Positions 22,314 to 34,561 of a stretch of DNA of 64,000 nt are shown here, piece after piece. The position numbers and the translations under genes are program-made. The stretch lies in NCBI RefSeq assembly GCF_018350175.1, contig NC_058382.1:58158001-58222000 (forward strand), in the 5' to 3' direction. Under the pieces are notes generated by a model. The model had not been told where the DNA came from. It was given only the letters and a program-made list of their open reading frames with translations, and made no database searches. Position 1 is the stretch's first letter. The number at the start of each line of letters is the position of its first letter. Source of the DNA: Felis catus (taxonomy: Eukaryota).

Positions 22314-24319
22314 TGTGTCTCCATTTCTTACTGGCTGTGTGACTGGGGCAAGTCTGGGACCTCTGGAAGCCTCTGTCCCCCACCCCTTGTCTGCCCCCAC
22401 GTCCCTGGGGGGCCCTACTGTGGTCTCCCCCATTCCTGAGCCTACCTTCTCAGGACTTGGTGCTCCTGGGGGACCCAGTGGCGCCCCACCCGGACCCCCA
22501 GCCACCCCCAGTGTCCCGGCGGCCTGTCCCTGATCTGCCTTGGGTGTCTGCCCTCCCAGGGGACACGGCAGGGACCATCCACCGAGGGGTGTTGCTTTTA
22601 CAGCTGGTGTGGCGAGCGGTGGGGGTGGCCGAGGCTCCCCAGGAAGGGTAGGGGCCGGATTGGGTGGCCGGCACTGCCGGGGGGGGGGTCCCAGGCCCCC
22701 CAGTCTGCTTTTTCTGCTTGACCCCCCCAACCCCCCGCCCCAGCACCGCCTCCCTGACATTGCGGCCCGGAGCCCTCCACCCCACCTCTCTCTGCTCCGA
22801 AATCAGTCCCACGAGCAGCTGGGTTCCTCGCTGGGCGAGCTGCCCCCAGGGAGCCGCGTGTGCAGAAACCAGCGGTCTCGTCACCCCCCTCCCGGGACAG
22901 TGTGAGCCACCTCATCTCACGTTTCGGTTTTGGTTTTTAGCCTTTGCCCTTGCTGCCTCCCTGGGCCGAATGGCCTCCCGCCTGGAGCTTTGGCGACTCC
23001 GCCGTCTCCGCCGATCCCGACACCTCCTCTTCTGCAAACGGCCAAGCCTCGTGGAGGTCGGAGCCAGACCTCCTGGGCTCAAGTCCGGACCCTGCCACCG
23101 GCCAGCCGTGCAGCCAAAAGGCACCTCCCTTTTTGAAAGAGTGCTCGGCACATGTCTGGCTCCCCGTCGGTGGCTTCTGTGGTGGGAGAGGCAGGGATTA
23201 ACTTAGGGTGCAGAGGGGGTGATGCCGGAGCCGGGTTCTGAGGGCGTCAGTCTTCTGGATGGATGAGGAGGGGGTGAGAGGGCACTCCAGGCAAAGGGAG
23301 CCCCAGCCAAGGAATCGAAGTCCGTCCTTCGCAGACGGACCCCTTCTCCGTCCCCGTGGGCGGTTACTGGAGAGGTTTTACTTGAGCCGAAGTCCTCCGT
23401 CGTGCACGTGTGCCAAGGTTGGGACGGTCCACACCCGTTGGCCGGCAGCACCCGGTGTGGCCTGTTGCCAGGAGCCGAGATGCGTCGGTGCAGACGGGGT
23501 CCGGCAGCCTCTTTCCACCTCGATGCCACTGATCCTGCTGCCGGAGCAGGTAACACGCTTTGGAGGACCTGTGCCCCGCGCCCCGGGACACGAGGCGAGA
23601 AGCACAAGGTGACCGGTGCCGTGTGCGCCCCTTCCCCAGCGACGGAAATGAGGAGACCCTGTGTTTTCGCTGCCCTTTGGTCGATCGGGAAACTGAGACC
23701 GAGAGTCGTTGCTTGTGACTTGGCCGAGGTGACCAGCTGGGAGGTGACAGAGCTGGGACACGGCCCTGCCCGCCCCCCCAGCGCCCACCCCTTAGCCGTA
23801 CAGCTTGAGGCCTCTGCAGACAGGCTGGCCCTTCGCCGCAAGGGCTGGGGGCTTAGTGTCTGGAGACCTGGGGGTGGGTGGGCGACCTGGCCTGAGTCAT
23901 TGCGCCCCTGGGTTTCACATCCTCGCCCGCGAGATGGTTGTGAGAGGCCTTTGCAAGCCAAGTGCCCTCCACGGTCTGCCTGTTGCCATTAACTGGAGAA
24001 GAACAGTGCCACAAACCACCAGAACATTCCAGAACCTCCTCTGATGAATCACCAGTTCCACTCCTGAAACCATTATTTTACTACATGTTAGCTAACATGG
24101 ATGGGGGCGGGGGGAACATTCCAGAAGCTCTGCCAATGGGCTGCACTGAATCTGGGGCGCCCTGGGTGGTGCACCGTTCTGCCAGGTGAGAGAGACAAAG
24201 AGAGAGCAAGCGCCCACGTGCCTCTGGGCCAGGGGGGCGGGCCGCGAGCGGGGCCTGGCAAGGCGATGAGGCGTGGACGTCCAGAAAGCCTGAGGCTCAG
24301 CTCTGGGAGCGGGCGCCTG

Positions 24320-24470
24320 GCAGCCCGGGCTCAGATCCCCACCCCATTCCTCACCACTGGTGTGAGCTTGAGTGAGTCGTTCAGCCATTCCGTGCCTCAG
24401 TTTCCCCTCCGTCGAATACAGGTCATGGCGGTCCTCACCTGCAGGGCTGCTACGGACCCTGAGTTAGAAG
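24320..24470 (+). mobile_element. MIR
   Basis: tgtgagcttgagtgagtcgttcagccattccgtgcctcagtttcccctccgtcgaatac. Confidence 0.7.
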
Positions 24471-25719
24471 GGTGGGAATTACCCAGTCAACACTGGACCC
24501 CGTTTGCACCTCTCACTTCCTGTCTGGGTGGGTGGCGGGAAGGGGAGAACAGAAGGGTGTGGGTGCAGAGGAGCGTCTGTGACCTCTCTCTGGCCTTCAG
24601 CCCTGGGTGAGTCCCTCAGCCTCCCCATGCCTCAGTGGCCCCGTCTGTAGTTGGGGTGGGAAGGGGCCCGCCCCGAGGGCTGGAAGAGCCTGTCCGGCGC
24701 CCGAGCCCCGTCCTGGGCCTGGCACACGGCAGGTGCCGGTGAGCGGTCCTTTGCGCCCTTCTCCAGCCCCGGCTGCGCCCCACCTGGCCGTGCCTGCGGC
24801 TCGAGTGTCCCGGAGGCGGCAGGCTGAGACCCGTGGGCCTCCCGGTGCGCACCTGAGAACCTGCTGGCAGGAGTGTTTGCTTAATTAATTGACTTTGCGA
24901 GAGGGAGCCTGTCCCCGCGTAAATCTACCGGCAACGAACGCAAGACTAGACTTTAAATAAGGGTGCGGCTGTTGTTTGAATAATTGAAGAGCGCCGAGGA
25001 AACGGCAGCCCTCGGCACAGGCACAGCGTCCGTGCTCCGTCCCGCCCGCGGCCGGCTGGCCGTCCCTGCCCGCACGCAGCTCCGTGCTGCCGCCGGCCCC
25101 TTAGCCCACGGGATGGACAGGCTTTCAGGCCCGCGTGCTGGGTGGGAACCCCCGGCTGCCGTCGCGAGAGGGGTGTCGATCGAGTGCCCCCATTTTGCGG
25201 ACTGGGAAACCGAGGCCGTGGTGGTTAAGAGGCAGAGTGAGTGCCTGGAGGCCGCGGGCTGAGCCCGGCGAAGCGGGTTCTGCTTTCCGGTTCCGTGGGG
25301 GCGCTCCAGACCATCTTGTGTCGTGCGGGAGGGTCGTCTGTCATCTGGGCGTAGTTTCCCCGGTTCTGATCTTTCCGATGTGTCGTGCGGGAGGCCCTCG
25401 CGCCTCTCTTGCCTTTGCGAATCCCCTTTGAACAAAGGAAGCAGGTGTCGCGAGCCCACGGGCCCCGGGAGGGCTCGAGGTTGGGGTACTCACTTCCGTT
25501 TCTGCTCGTGAGTGACAGCTTCCTTCTGGACGTAAGCTGGTTTTCTAAAAAAATTAGCTGATGCGAGTTCTCTCTCCAGAAACAAAACGACCGGTTGATT
25601 TGAAGTTGGAAGTAAATCGTGCGGGGGTGCCACGTGGTGGCAATCGCCATTGGCCCTCGCGGGACCAGCCACGGAGAGGCCACGTCTCGGATCGTGACAG
25701 GGGACGTCAACGCCTCCCG

Positions 25720-25890
25720 TGTGCTGGGCCAGAGGGAAATGGCTCACCTTCCTCACAACCCTCCAGGGAGGTTGAGACTTTCCCGAGTCTTGCAGATGGG
25801 GAAACGGAGGCACAGAGAGGCTAAGTAACCCGTATCCCGCAGCAGAGCTGGGACCGGAACCCAGGCAGCACAGCCCTGAGCCCCCTCGAG
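25720..25890 (-). mobile_element. MIR
   Basis: cctcacaaccctccagggagg...ttgcagatggggaaacggaggcacagagaggctaagtaacc. Confidence 0.75.
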
Positions 25891-26410
25891 CCACAGCCCC
25901 CTGCTTTCTTGGCCTCTGCTCTCTGGAGACAACATGTGGGGGTGCCGCCTCCCCTGCGCCGGCCCCCCAGGCCTCGGCATGGCTGCCCGTGAGCCCCGCC
26001 TGAGGCATCTACCCACCTGCTCAGTCCGCATTCAGCCCTGACTCCTCAGCACCTGTCCTTGGTGCCGGGTCAGGTCACCCGCTGCCCAGATGGGGTGGTA
26101 GGGTCACTTGTGCCGCCACAGACAAAGGCAGGATGTATGGTTGCCAGAAAACCATGTGGAACATTCCAGGCAGCATTCACACTCCGCACCCGCCCCCTCC
26201 CCAAACAAGTCAGGGTCGGGGGAGGGGCAGCCTGAACCTACAGAGAGGCACCTTGGGGCCACCCACCCTTGGCTTCCTGTGCCCTAGAGGCCCCCATTCC
26301 AGCCCCTGCCTGTTCCCAGAGGACTGCGTAGGCCGGGTCCTGCGTCCAGACTTTGGGCAGCGTGTTCCCAAAATAGGGGGAAGTGAAGAGGGCCAGCCTC
26401 CTTCCCGCCG

Positions 26411-26448
<38 letters not shown>
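26411..26448. repeat. Poly-C homopolymer (38 nt)
   Basis: Uninterrupted C run. Confidence 0.95.
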
Positions 26449-26449
<1 letters not shown>

Positions 26450-26649
26450 CTTCACCCTGCCTTTATTTCATTTTTTGGCGCAGGGAAGGAGGGAGGGAGG
26501 CGGCCCTCTGAGTGCTGTGTCTGCCCGCAGTTCCTGGGAGGACCTCCTTCATCCCGCAGACCTGCTCCCCGGCCGCATTAAGGACAGATGGATTACAGCT
26601 AATGAGCCTGCTTGCACCATTAACACTCGAGAGCCTTCCCGGGATTAAA

Positions 26650-27620
26650 GCCGGCTCGCAGCCCGCCGGGGCCGGCTTGTCACTCTCACGGTGGCGCCGA
26701 GGCGCCTGGCTGTGCATCAGTGTGCCCTAATTGTTCCTGTAATTGGGAGCCCGATGCCAGCCTCCCCCGGGGAGGGCCGGCTGGCGGGAGCTGCCCACCG
26801 CACCCCCACCCCTGCCCTGCCTCTCCCACCCACCTCGCCCCTGCCCAGCCCGTCCCGGGGCGTGGGGGGGAGGGGGGGCCCTCCTGCCCCCCTGCCCCTC
26901 CACCACCACGGGAAGGGAGGACGACCCCCGTGCACCTGTGCCCCGTCCTGAGCCTGGCCTGGGGGTGCTCCAGCTCCGCAGAGCCCCGTTCCTGTCCCGG
27001 CCCTGTTTGCAGGTGGGACGATGATGGTGCCCGGGAGCCGCGAGGGGCCCTGCCCGGCGGCGGGGTGGACCCGCGCGGCCGGCCCCCCACGCAGCCTCCG
27101 TTGTGTGTCCGCGCACGGTACTCACGCTCACGCACGCGCTCACCTGCGCTGCCTCGCCCACGGCCCTTCGCTCATCCCCGGAAGCGCGTGCGCGCCCACG
27201 TCTGCTCGCCCACGTGCACATGCGCTCGCGCGCACGGGTCTCCCCGGGGGCGCGGCCCCTCCCGCCCGGCGCCCCCCGCCGCACGAAGAGCCGGGGCGCT
27301 CGCCGTTGGCGATCGGCACCGGGCGGACGCCGCGGCGCTCCCCGTGCCCGGAGGCCGTGCCAGGCGGGTGCAGGAGGGCGGGCCGCCTCTGCGCCGGCGT
27401 GGGCTTGCCTCTGTGCGAAACCCTCCGTGGCTCCCCGGGGCCCGCTGGCTCCTCTCCCACCTCCACGCGGAGCCGCCCCTCCCGCAGCCTTCCCTCCACA
27501 CGTCGCCCCGTCCTCACCTCCTGCCCCCGCCCACCCCCCGAACATTGGGCACGCAGCCCTCCCTCCCTCCCTGACTCGAGGGAAGAGCCCGGCTGCTCCC
27601 CTGTCTGCACGCTTTGCTTC
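26650..27620. promoter_or_regulatory. Intragenic CpG island (enhancer or alternative promoter)
   Basis: CpG-dense and repeat-free; GCGC-rich NRF1-like and CACGTG motifs at ~27180-27240; preceded by a TAAT-rich block. Confidence 0.7.
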
Positions 27621-28289
27621 TGAGGGCCAGCTGCTCCGTGTGCGTTTGTTGGAATGAGTTCGGGTGTTGCTGGATGTAGGCTGCAGAATTCAGGCTAAGA
27701 CAGAATTTGTTTTACCAGTTTCTCACGCGCCTAGGGCCGTGTCCAGCTTGGGGGAGAGGCACAGGCCCCTGTTTCCGTTTGGTGTAGGCGTCCCAGGGAC
27801 CCAGGGGGTCCGCTCAGTGCTGGGAAGCACCCGGGGGAATGGAGCGCAGGGATCCTTCAGCGTCCTGGAGATTCCAGAGGGTTCCAGATGCCGCCTCTGC
27901 CCCTCAGTGCCGTTGGGAAGAGACAGCAGCCAGGCCACGCACCCCCTAAATGGGCTGGGTACCAGCGGCACCCAGCAGTCACCACCTCCCCGCCCCCAGG
28001 GGAGAGCTCTGTGTTAACTCAGACCTGGGGGGGGGAGCCCGGAATGGGTGCGTGTACCTTGCCTCGGTAAGCGTTGCCTTCCTGCTCTTTTCTGGAGAGC
28101 TCAGTCACCCACGAGTGTGGAGAAGTTTAAGTACGTCTTTGCAGACCTGGGTCCTGGGCCCCTACGGCTCATCCCAGCCGTGAGGGGTCGTGTCTGAGAG
28201 GCGTGGTGGTCCTTGTCTAAATTTGCACCCTGGGCAGATCGATTTGACAAACATTGAGGGCTCGTTTGAGCAGGGCAGGTGCAAACTCA

Positions 28290-28440
28290 TTTCGGTCTCC
28301 TGGGAACTTCGTGACTCCTTCCGTTTTTATCTCTGTGTTACAGATGGGGAAACAGAGGCACAGAGAGGCTAGGTGACCCGCCCAGGTTGCACAGCAAGGA
28401 ATGGCAGGCCAAGGTTTGAACGTAGGTAGTATGGCCCCAG
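28290..28440 (-). mobile_element. MIR
   Basis: ttacagatggggaaacagaggcacagagaggctaggtgacccgcccaggttgcacagc. Confidence 0.75.
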
Positions 28441-28604
28441 GTTGACATGGGACCCCCCCCCTGCCGTGCTGCCTGGGATAGAAAGAGGCAGGGAGCTGGG
28501 TGCTCCGAGGCCCAGGCCGCGCCCTTGGGAGGAGAGAGGAGAGAGGGGTGACGTGGTAAATCCACATTTGGTTTCTCTCCCCGCCTCCGCTCCCGGTTTC
28601 TTTG

Positions 28605-29134
28605 TCTCTTAGAATATACAGGTGGCTGTGGGTGGGCTTCAGGACAGGGCTGGTCCCCAGAGAGGCCAAGCCACAGTCGATGCGCGCTGCCTGTGTGACG
28701 AGCCTCCTCGAAGGTCCCCGAAGCACAGGGCTCGCCGAGCTTCCAGGCTGTGCACAGGGGAGGTGCTGGGAGGGTGGCGCGCCCGGCGAGGGCAGGGGAG
28801 CTCCACGCCACCCCCACCCCTCGCCCTGGGTATCTCTTTCATCTGGCTGTTCCTGAGTGGTATCCTTCATGACAAACCAGTAAACAAAAGTCAGGCGTTT
28901 CCTTGAGTTCTGTGAGCTGTTTTAGCAAATTATAAACCCCGAGAAGGGTGCTGACACTCCCTGACTTAATGTTGGCCAGCCAGAAACACGGGAGGAGGGC
29001 GGGGTCTGCAGGCAGGGCCGTGGGGTGACAGCTGCGGGGTCTGCCCCGGCCGAGCACTGCCTGCTGTGGAAAGCCCCCCATGTGGTGTCTGAAGCGTTGT
29101 GAGTAGAGAGGAAGTTTCTGGGTAGTTGGTAGCA
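28605..29134 (+). mobile_element. MER21-family LTR
   Basis: ggaggtgctgggagggtggcgcgcccgg...catctggctgttcctgagtggtatcc...ttccttgagttctgtgagctgttttagcaaattat matches the MER21 consensus as I recall it. Confidence 0.8.
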
Positions 29135-29739
29135 CGGCAGCCCCAGGGCAGGGACAGGTGCACGGCCCAAGGGAGGCGGGGTCTGTGGGACCTTGGACAG
29201 TTAAAGTGCCCTTCGGGTCTCCGTTAGGTACAGTCCCCCATAGGCTGCAGTTCCCAGCCTTGGGAAGGGCCGATCAGGCTGCGGTGACACATCGCTGGTG
29301 CCCCTCTGTGTCACCCACCTGTCACTCAGCTCTCTGCAGGGCAGCAGTGTGTGCGGGGGGGGGGGGGGTCAAGAGGCAGCCCCACTGCCAGCCATAGAGG
29401 CCTCGAACAGGAGCAGAAGAGGGGGGCCTGGGAGCGTGGCTCTAAATCGTGTAGGGAGCCAGGCCCAGCCCCACAGTGACCTCACGGAGGGCTTCCCGAC
29501 TGTGGAGGCACAGGAAGAACCAAGCAGTTGGGCTGGCTTCTCCGGGGCGGAGTCTGTCCTCAGGGAGGACACAGACCCGCCCACCGAGGTGTCTGGATGG
29601 CCCTTCCGGCATTGCTCCCGCATCAGATACCCTCACACTTTTCCAGTGTTTTCTCCACTTAATTAAGCTCCATGTAAGCTCCTACCGTGTGCTCAAGAGT
29701 ATGGAGGGACGTTACAAGACCCTGATCCCTGGCCTCTGT

Positions 29740-30290
29740 TTCTCATTCATTTATTCACGCAGCCAACACCTATCAGAGTCTGCAGGGCGCTAGGCAGGGT
29801 GTTAATCTCTAGGAAACGCAAGGTCAAGTTGAGAGGGAGTTCTGGCTTATCCCTCCCACAGCACATCCAGACTTCCTGCTCCCTGCCAAGTATTAAACTG
29901 ACTAGTTTGGTTACAAAATGCTCATAGCCAAGGAGAGGGCGGATGTGCGAGCAACCAGCTCATAGCGGGAGATGCCTCAAGAGGGGGTAGTACAAGATAC
30001 TACAGGAGCAGGCTTCCCGGAGGCAGGGAGTTGTACTGGGGTTTTGAAGGATGCGTAGGAGTTTGTGAGGTCGAGGACAGAGGACAGAGTGTTTGAAACC
30101 CCGTGAGGGCTCCGGGAAACGTTCAAGCAGACCAGAGAATCAGACGAGGACAAGAATTAGGCAAGAGTGGGGAGGGGGGGGAATGAGCTCTTGGGGTCGA
30201 GACGGGGCCAGACTTGGGAGGACGTGCGCCGTTTGGTCGGTGACAGGGAAGGACCCGTGAGGCCGAAGCAGACTGCAGACTCCAAGCCCT
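29740..30290 (-). mobile_element. L2 fragment(s)
   Basis: tcattcatttattcacgcagccaacacc...gcttcccggagg...ttttgaaggatgcgtaggagtttg. Confidence 0.55.
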
Positions 30291-30421
30291 GTCCCCAGGG
30301 GTCTGATCCGGTGTGATGGCAAATCAAAGCCCTGGGTGCTTTTAATATTTTTTATCTTTGCTTTTTTTTTTCATTGATTCTTTTTGCCCATGGCAGAAAA
30401 TACGCAAGAGAAACAGCCTAG

Positions 30422-30612
30422 AGAGCCTACCCGCTAGAACAGTCTGCAGTGGTGGAAAATATCTCACAGCTGTACTGTCCCATGTGGTAGCCGCTCCGTA
30501 CATGTGGCTTGTGTGCCTGAGGAATGGAATTTTAAATTGTATTTAATTCTAATTAGTTACTTTGAATTTAAATTACCGCCTGTGGCCAGTGGCTACTGTG
30601 CCGGCAGCAGGG
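30422..30612. mobile_element. MER3 (hAT-Charlie) DNA transposon
   Basis: ctgcagtggtggaaaat...tggtagccgc...acatgtggc...ctgaggaatggaattttaaattgtatttaattctaattag...tgtggccagtggctac. Confidence 0.8.
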
Positions 30613-31041
30613 CTGTGGAGTGGAAATAAAGCCCCCTCTCGGCCCCCAGCCACCCCATCCCCCGCCTGGCTGGGCTTTGAGCCGGGCCCGTTTGATTGTT
30701 CTGAACAAGGGCTTTGCCGCCGAGATGTTTGATGTCCTTTCTGTCCACTGCCCTTGCTTCTCGGTGGGCGCTGTGGGTTTATTCCAGCAGCTGACGGAGC
30801 CCGCCAGGGGACCAGGGGGGTGCCCATGGCCGGGGTACCCACCCTGCCTCTGCAGGTGCTCAGAACAGGCTGCGGGAGCCCACGGGCAGAGACAGAGGTG
30901 ATACGTCACCTCTCCCAGGAGCAGGGACCGTGCAGCCCGCGAACCAGGGGTAGCATGTGGCCTAAAACCCCACCGTGAGCCTTGCCTCTTGTGGTTCAGT
31001 TACTGAATGGCCCAAGTTTGCTTTAGCAGAAGAGGGGTCCA

Positions 31042-31273
31042 GGGGCGCCTGGGTGGCTCGGTGGGCGGAGCGTCCGACTTCGGCTCAGGTCACGATCTCG
31101 CGGTCCGTGAGTTTGAGCCCCACGTCGGGCTCCGGGCTGACGGCTCAGAGCCTGGAGCCTGCTTCGGATTCTGCATCTCCCTCTCTGTCTCTGCCCTTCC
31201 CCTGCTTGCGCTCACACATGCTTTCTCTCTCTCTCTCTGTTTCTCAAAACTAAATAAAGACATTAAAGAAAAA
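31042..31273 (+). mobile_element. Can-SINE
   Basis: ggggcgcctgggtggctcgg head, CT tract and A-rich tail. Confidence 0.95.
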
Positions 31274-31322
31274 GACGGGTCCCACACGGCTGTGTTGCTG
31301 GTGTGGCGGCTCAGATTCCGTC

Positions 31323-31690
31323 TGTACCGGGTTGAATAGTGTACCCCAGATATTCACGTCTACCCAGAACCTCAGAATGGGAGCTTTTTTGGAAACAGGA
31401 TGTTTGCAGATGTAGTTAAGACGCCGAATGGAGGTGGGCCCTAAACGCAGTGGTTTCCCTGCAGCAGAGGAGAGAGAGGGAGGAGGGACAGAGGGGGAGG
31501 GAGGCGGCCGTGGCCCAGGGACGCCTGGAGCCCCCCGAAGCTGGAAGAGGCGAGAAGGATCTTCCCCTGAAGCCTTGGGAGGGAATATGACCCTGCAGAC
31601 CCCCTAATTTCCGACTTCCGGTTTCCCAGAACGTGAAAGAATGAACTTCTGTTGTTTGAGACCCCTGGTCTGTGGCCCCAGACGACACGC
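31323..31690 (+). mobile_element. MLT1C-like solo LTR
   Basis: tgtaccgggttgaatagtgtacccc...agaacctcagaatg...tttgcagatgtagttaag...gaagctggaagaggcgagaagg. Confidence 0.85.
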
Positions 31691-32319
31691 AGCGGGCCTG
31701 GTGGCACTGACTTGTCCCTGGCCGCCTAGCGGCCCCTCGCTGGGCATCCCCTGTGCTGGGCTGTGCCCCTAACTCCATGCTGAGCGTGCGGAAGCTTCCG
31801 GAAGCCCCTCGTACCTTCCGTGTTAGCTGGACGAGATGCACGCTGCAAACCGCAGGTGGCATTTCGTGTTGTCTGAGGTCGGTCAGAGACGGTGCTCTAC
31901 ACACCCCTCGGCCTTGTCTGGACGGAGGAGCCTCAGGGTGGGACACATGATGTCTGTGGGAAACACCCATTCCCACACTGTGCTTTGGAGGCCCAGGTTA
32001 TGACCTTCGTCGGGTCAGCCCCTTCGGGCTTCCAGAGGTGGGCGTCACGTGAGAGGGAAGCAGGCTGGGGGAGGGCCCTGGAGGCTGTTGCCATGGCGAC
32101 GCCAGCCCTCTCCTCCCAGCCAGGCTCACCGCCCCCCCCCCCCCCCATCACCACCTGCCCTGGCCACCCTCTCCAGGGTGCCGGGCCAGCCCTGCGGGCC
32201 ACGGAGGGTGACCCTGCGAGGAGGTGGCCCCACGCCCGGCAGGTGCCGTGGCCGCCCCGACTCTGATCCCGGGGCTGGGCCAGAGGGTGTTGCTGGCACC
32301 CCAGCTCCAGCTCCGAGCA

Positions 32320-32545
32320 CCGAATCCATCAATAGAAGAGAAGGCTCTGTGCAATAATAGCGTGGGGCCTGCCGGGCAATTGATTTAAATCATTTTATAG
32401 AGAACCTATGTAAAATAAAAAGCCTCTAATCACATTTGTATCCATTTGCAGGCTCAGTAAATCAATTTGAATTGAGCTGGGTGCCACGGTTACAGCTGAT
32501 TAGCGTGTGTATATATGGTCAAATTAATGCCGGCCAAGTCTGCCG
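32320..32545. promoter_or_regulatory. Candidate conserved enhancer (PBX-HOX/CUT-class motifs)
   Basis: AT-rich non-repeat block with ATTGATTTA on both strands and the palindrome TGATTTAAATCA. Confidence 0.5.
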
Positions 32546-34160
32546 GATAGGGGCGCGGCCGTCAGCTCCTGCCTGAGCCACTCTTGGGGGGAGGGGGGCG
32601 GGGGCCCCGGCCCGGACCCCGACCACAGGGGACACGTCTCTCCTCCTCGCTCCGCCCTCCTGGGGACCCCCCAGCTGTCCTCCAGGTGGCTCCTGCGGGT
32701 GCCCGGACGAGGAGATCCGGCTGGACCCCGCGTGCACCCACCACCCCCCGGGGGCGGCGTCCGCGCAGCTGGGAAGAGCTCTTCTAGCAGCTTCTCCCGC
32801 AGCTCTGCCTGGCGCCTGCCTGCCCACGCCCCCGCCCTCGCCGGCAGTCCTGGGTGAGCTGCCCCAGCCTCGTTCACCCGGGTGCCTCCTCGGGCCGCGT
32901 CCCCGGGGCCGGGAGAAGGGACACGGGGTCCGTTTACTTATAACCTGACCCCTGTGGTGCGCCAGGGCCACGTTGGAACCACACGTGGTTCCTGCCCTCG
33001 GAGCAGATGACAAACCCAGTCCGTAGGAGCCGTGGGGGTTCGAAGCTGCGGGTGCCTCGGGGAAGGCGGCAGGCTGCAAATTGGAGAAGCGAAGGGGTCA
33101 GGGAGCTGGCGTTCGGGGGAGGATTTGTGGGCGGCCTGGGTGTCCGAGAGAAGGTGCTCCTGGCAGAGGGAGCGGCGGGAGCAAAGGGAGGTCCGGCGGG
33201 GCCCGCGGGTGACGTGACGAGAGCTGTGCAGTGACAGGCCACCACACGGGCATCCGTGGGGGGGTGGGGGGCGGGGAGGAGCGAACGGGCCAGGTGTGGC
33301 CCCTCTGGCTGTCCTGTGGAGGGAGCAGGGGAGGGCAGAAGCGGGGACACCTAGGGGGAGGGGAGGGGAGGAAAAGGCGAGGGGTGCCCTCTTGAGAGGG
33401 GACGGTGTGGTGCCCTGGACCGCGAGGGGACCCCCGAAACCCTGCGTGGGCTGAACTGAGCAGGTGCGAGGAATCTGGATGGGGGTGGGGCCATGTCGTC
33501 CAGACAGTGTCCCTTACTGGGGGGAACACCTTCCCTGAATATGTGGGTCAACTCGGTGGTGGCTGTGGCCTGTGGCCCTCGTGGACAAGAAGTGCTTTCT
33601 GTCCTTGTGCCCATGTGGGTCTCGAGGTGCTGTGGGTGCCCCGGGGCACCTTTCTTCTTTTCAGGTGCCACTGAGGCTCTGGGGAGCTGACCCCTGGGCC
33701 GGCAGCCAGGCCCGGAGAGCCGGCCACCACTGGCCACCCCTCAGAGGCCGCCAGGGACAGTCCTGTCCCACCAGGGACAGAGCACCAGGGTCCACGCTCC
33801 TGCTCGGCCAGAGCCGGCTTTTTGGCTGCGGATGCTGGGATCTCGATGGCAGGTGTATTTGACCCGTAAACAAACGGAGTCTGACGCTTAGATGAGTTTG
33901 CTCTGTTCCCCAGAGCCACCCAGACAGGCCTGAGCAGGTCTCGCCCCAGTGCTTCGTGGGCTTTGTCCCCCAACCCTCTGGGCCTAGCCGTGCCTCTCCA
34001 GCCCACCCTCTGCCTCGTCTCACCGGCCCTCCCCCAGGATTCCCGCAACGAGGGTGGCATCCGTAGGTCCTATGTGGTGCTGGGGGACGCGGCACCTGTT
34101 CTCGGGGGCCGGCCCTTCGCTCGATGAACGTGACAACTGCAGGAGGCTGGCACCTTCCTC

Positions 34161-34272
34161 TTTTTCTAAGTTTCGTTCATTTGAATGATCTCCACACCCG
34201 TTGTGGGGCTCGAACTCACAACCCCAAGATCACGAGGCTCGTGCTCGTCCGACTGAGCCAGCCAGGCGCCCC
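34161..34272 (-). mobile_element. Short old Can-SINE (SINEC_old-like)
   Basis: ggggctcgaactcacaaccccaagatcacgagg...gactgagccagccaggcgcccc; gaggctgg on both flanks. Confidence 0.85.
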
Positions 34273-34282
34273 GAGGCTGGTA

Positions 34283-34417
34283 CTTTTATTTCCCCGGTTT
34301 ACAGATGGGAACGGAGGCCCAGAGAGGTTCAGCACTTTGCCTGAGATCGCACAGCTCGGAGGTGGCACAGTGGGAATTCGAGCCCAGGTAGTTTCCAGAT
34401 GCCACGCCCTCAACACT
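34283..34417 (-). mobile_element. MIR
   Basis: tttacagatgggaacggaggcccagagaggttcagcactttgcctgagatcgcacagc. Confidence 0.75.
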
Positions 34418-34561
34418 CTCTATCGGGTTGCCTCCCAGAGGGAGGCTCGCCCTGGTGTCTTCTTTCCCAGAGGCATCTGTCCCCAAGGGATCGTGCCACA
34501 TGATCTACTGAGCCTTTCCTGCCCCTTCCTGAGGTTGCCTGGCCTGGTGTTGGGCCCAAAC

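Noticed and set aside
27119..27125. Minus-strand GTGAGTA donor-like site in the second CpG island (antisense lncRNA exon?)
   Set aside because: Exonic side is a poor match and nothing else supports it; such motifs occur by chance.
30520..30580. Very AT-rich TAAT-dense stretch resembling an enhancer
   Set aside because: Explained as the internal AT-rich core of a MER3 transposon.
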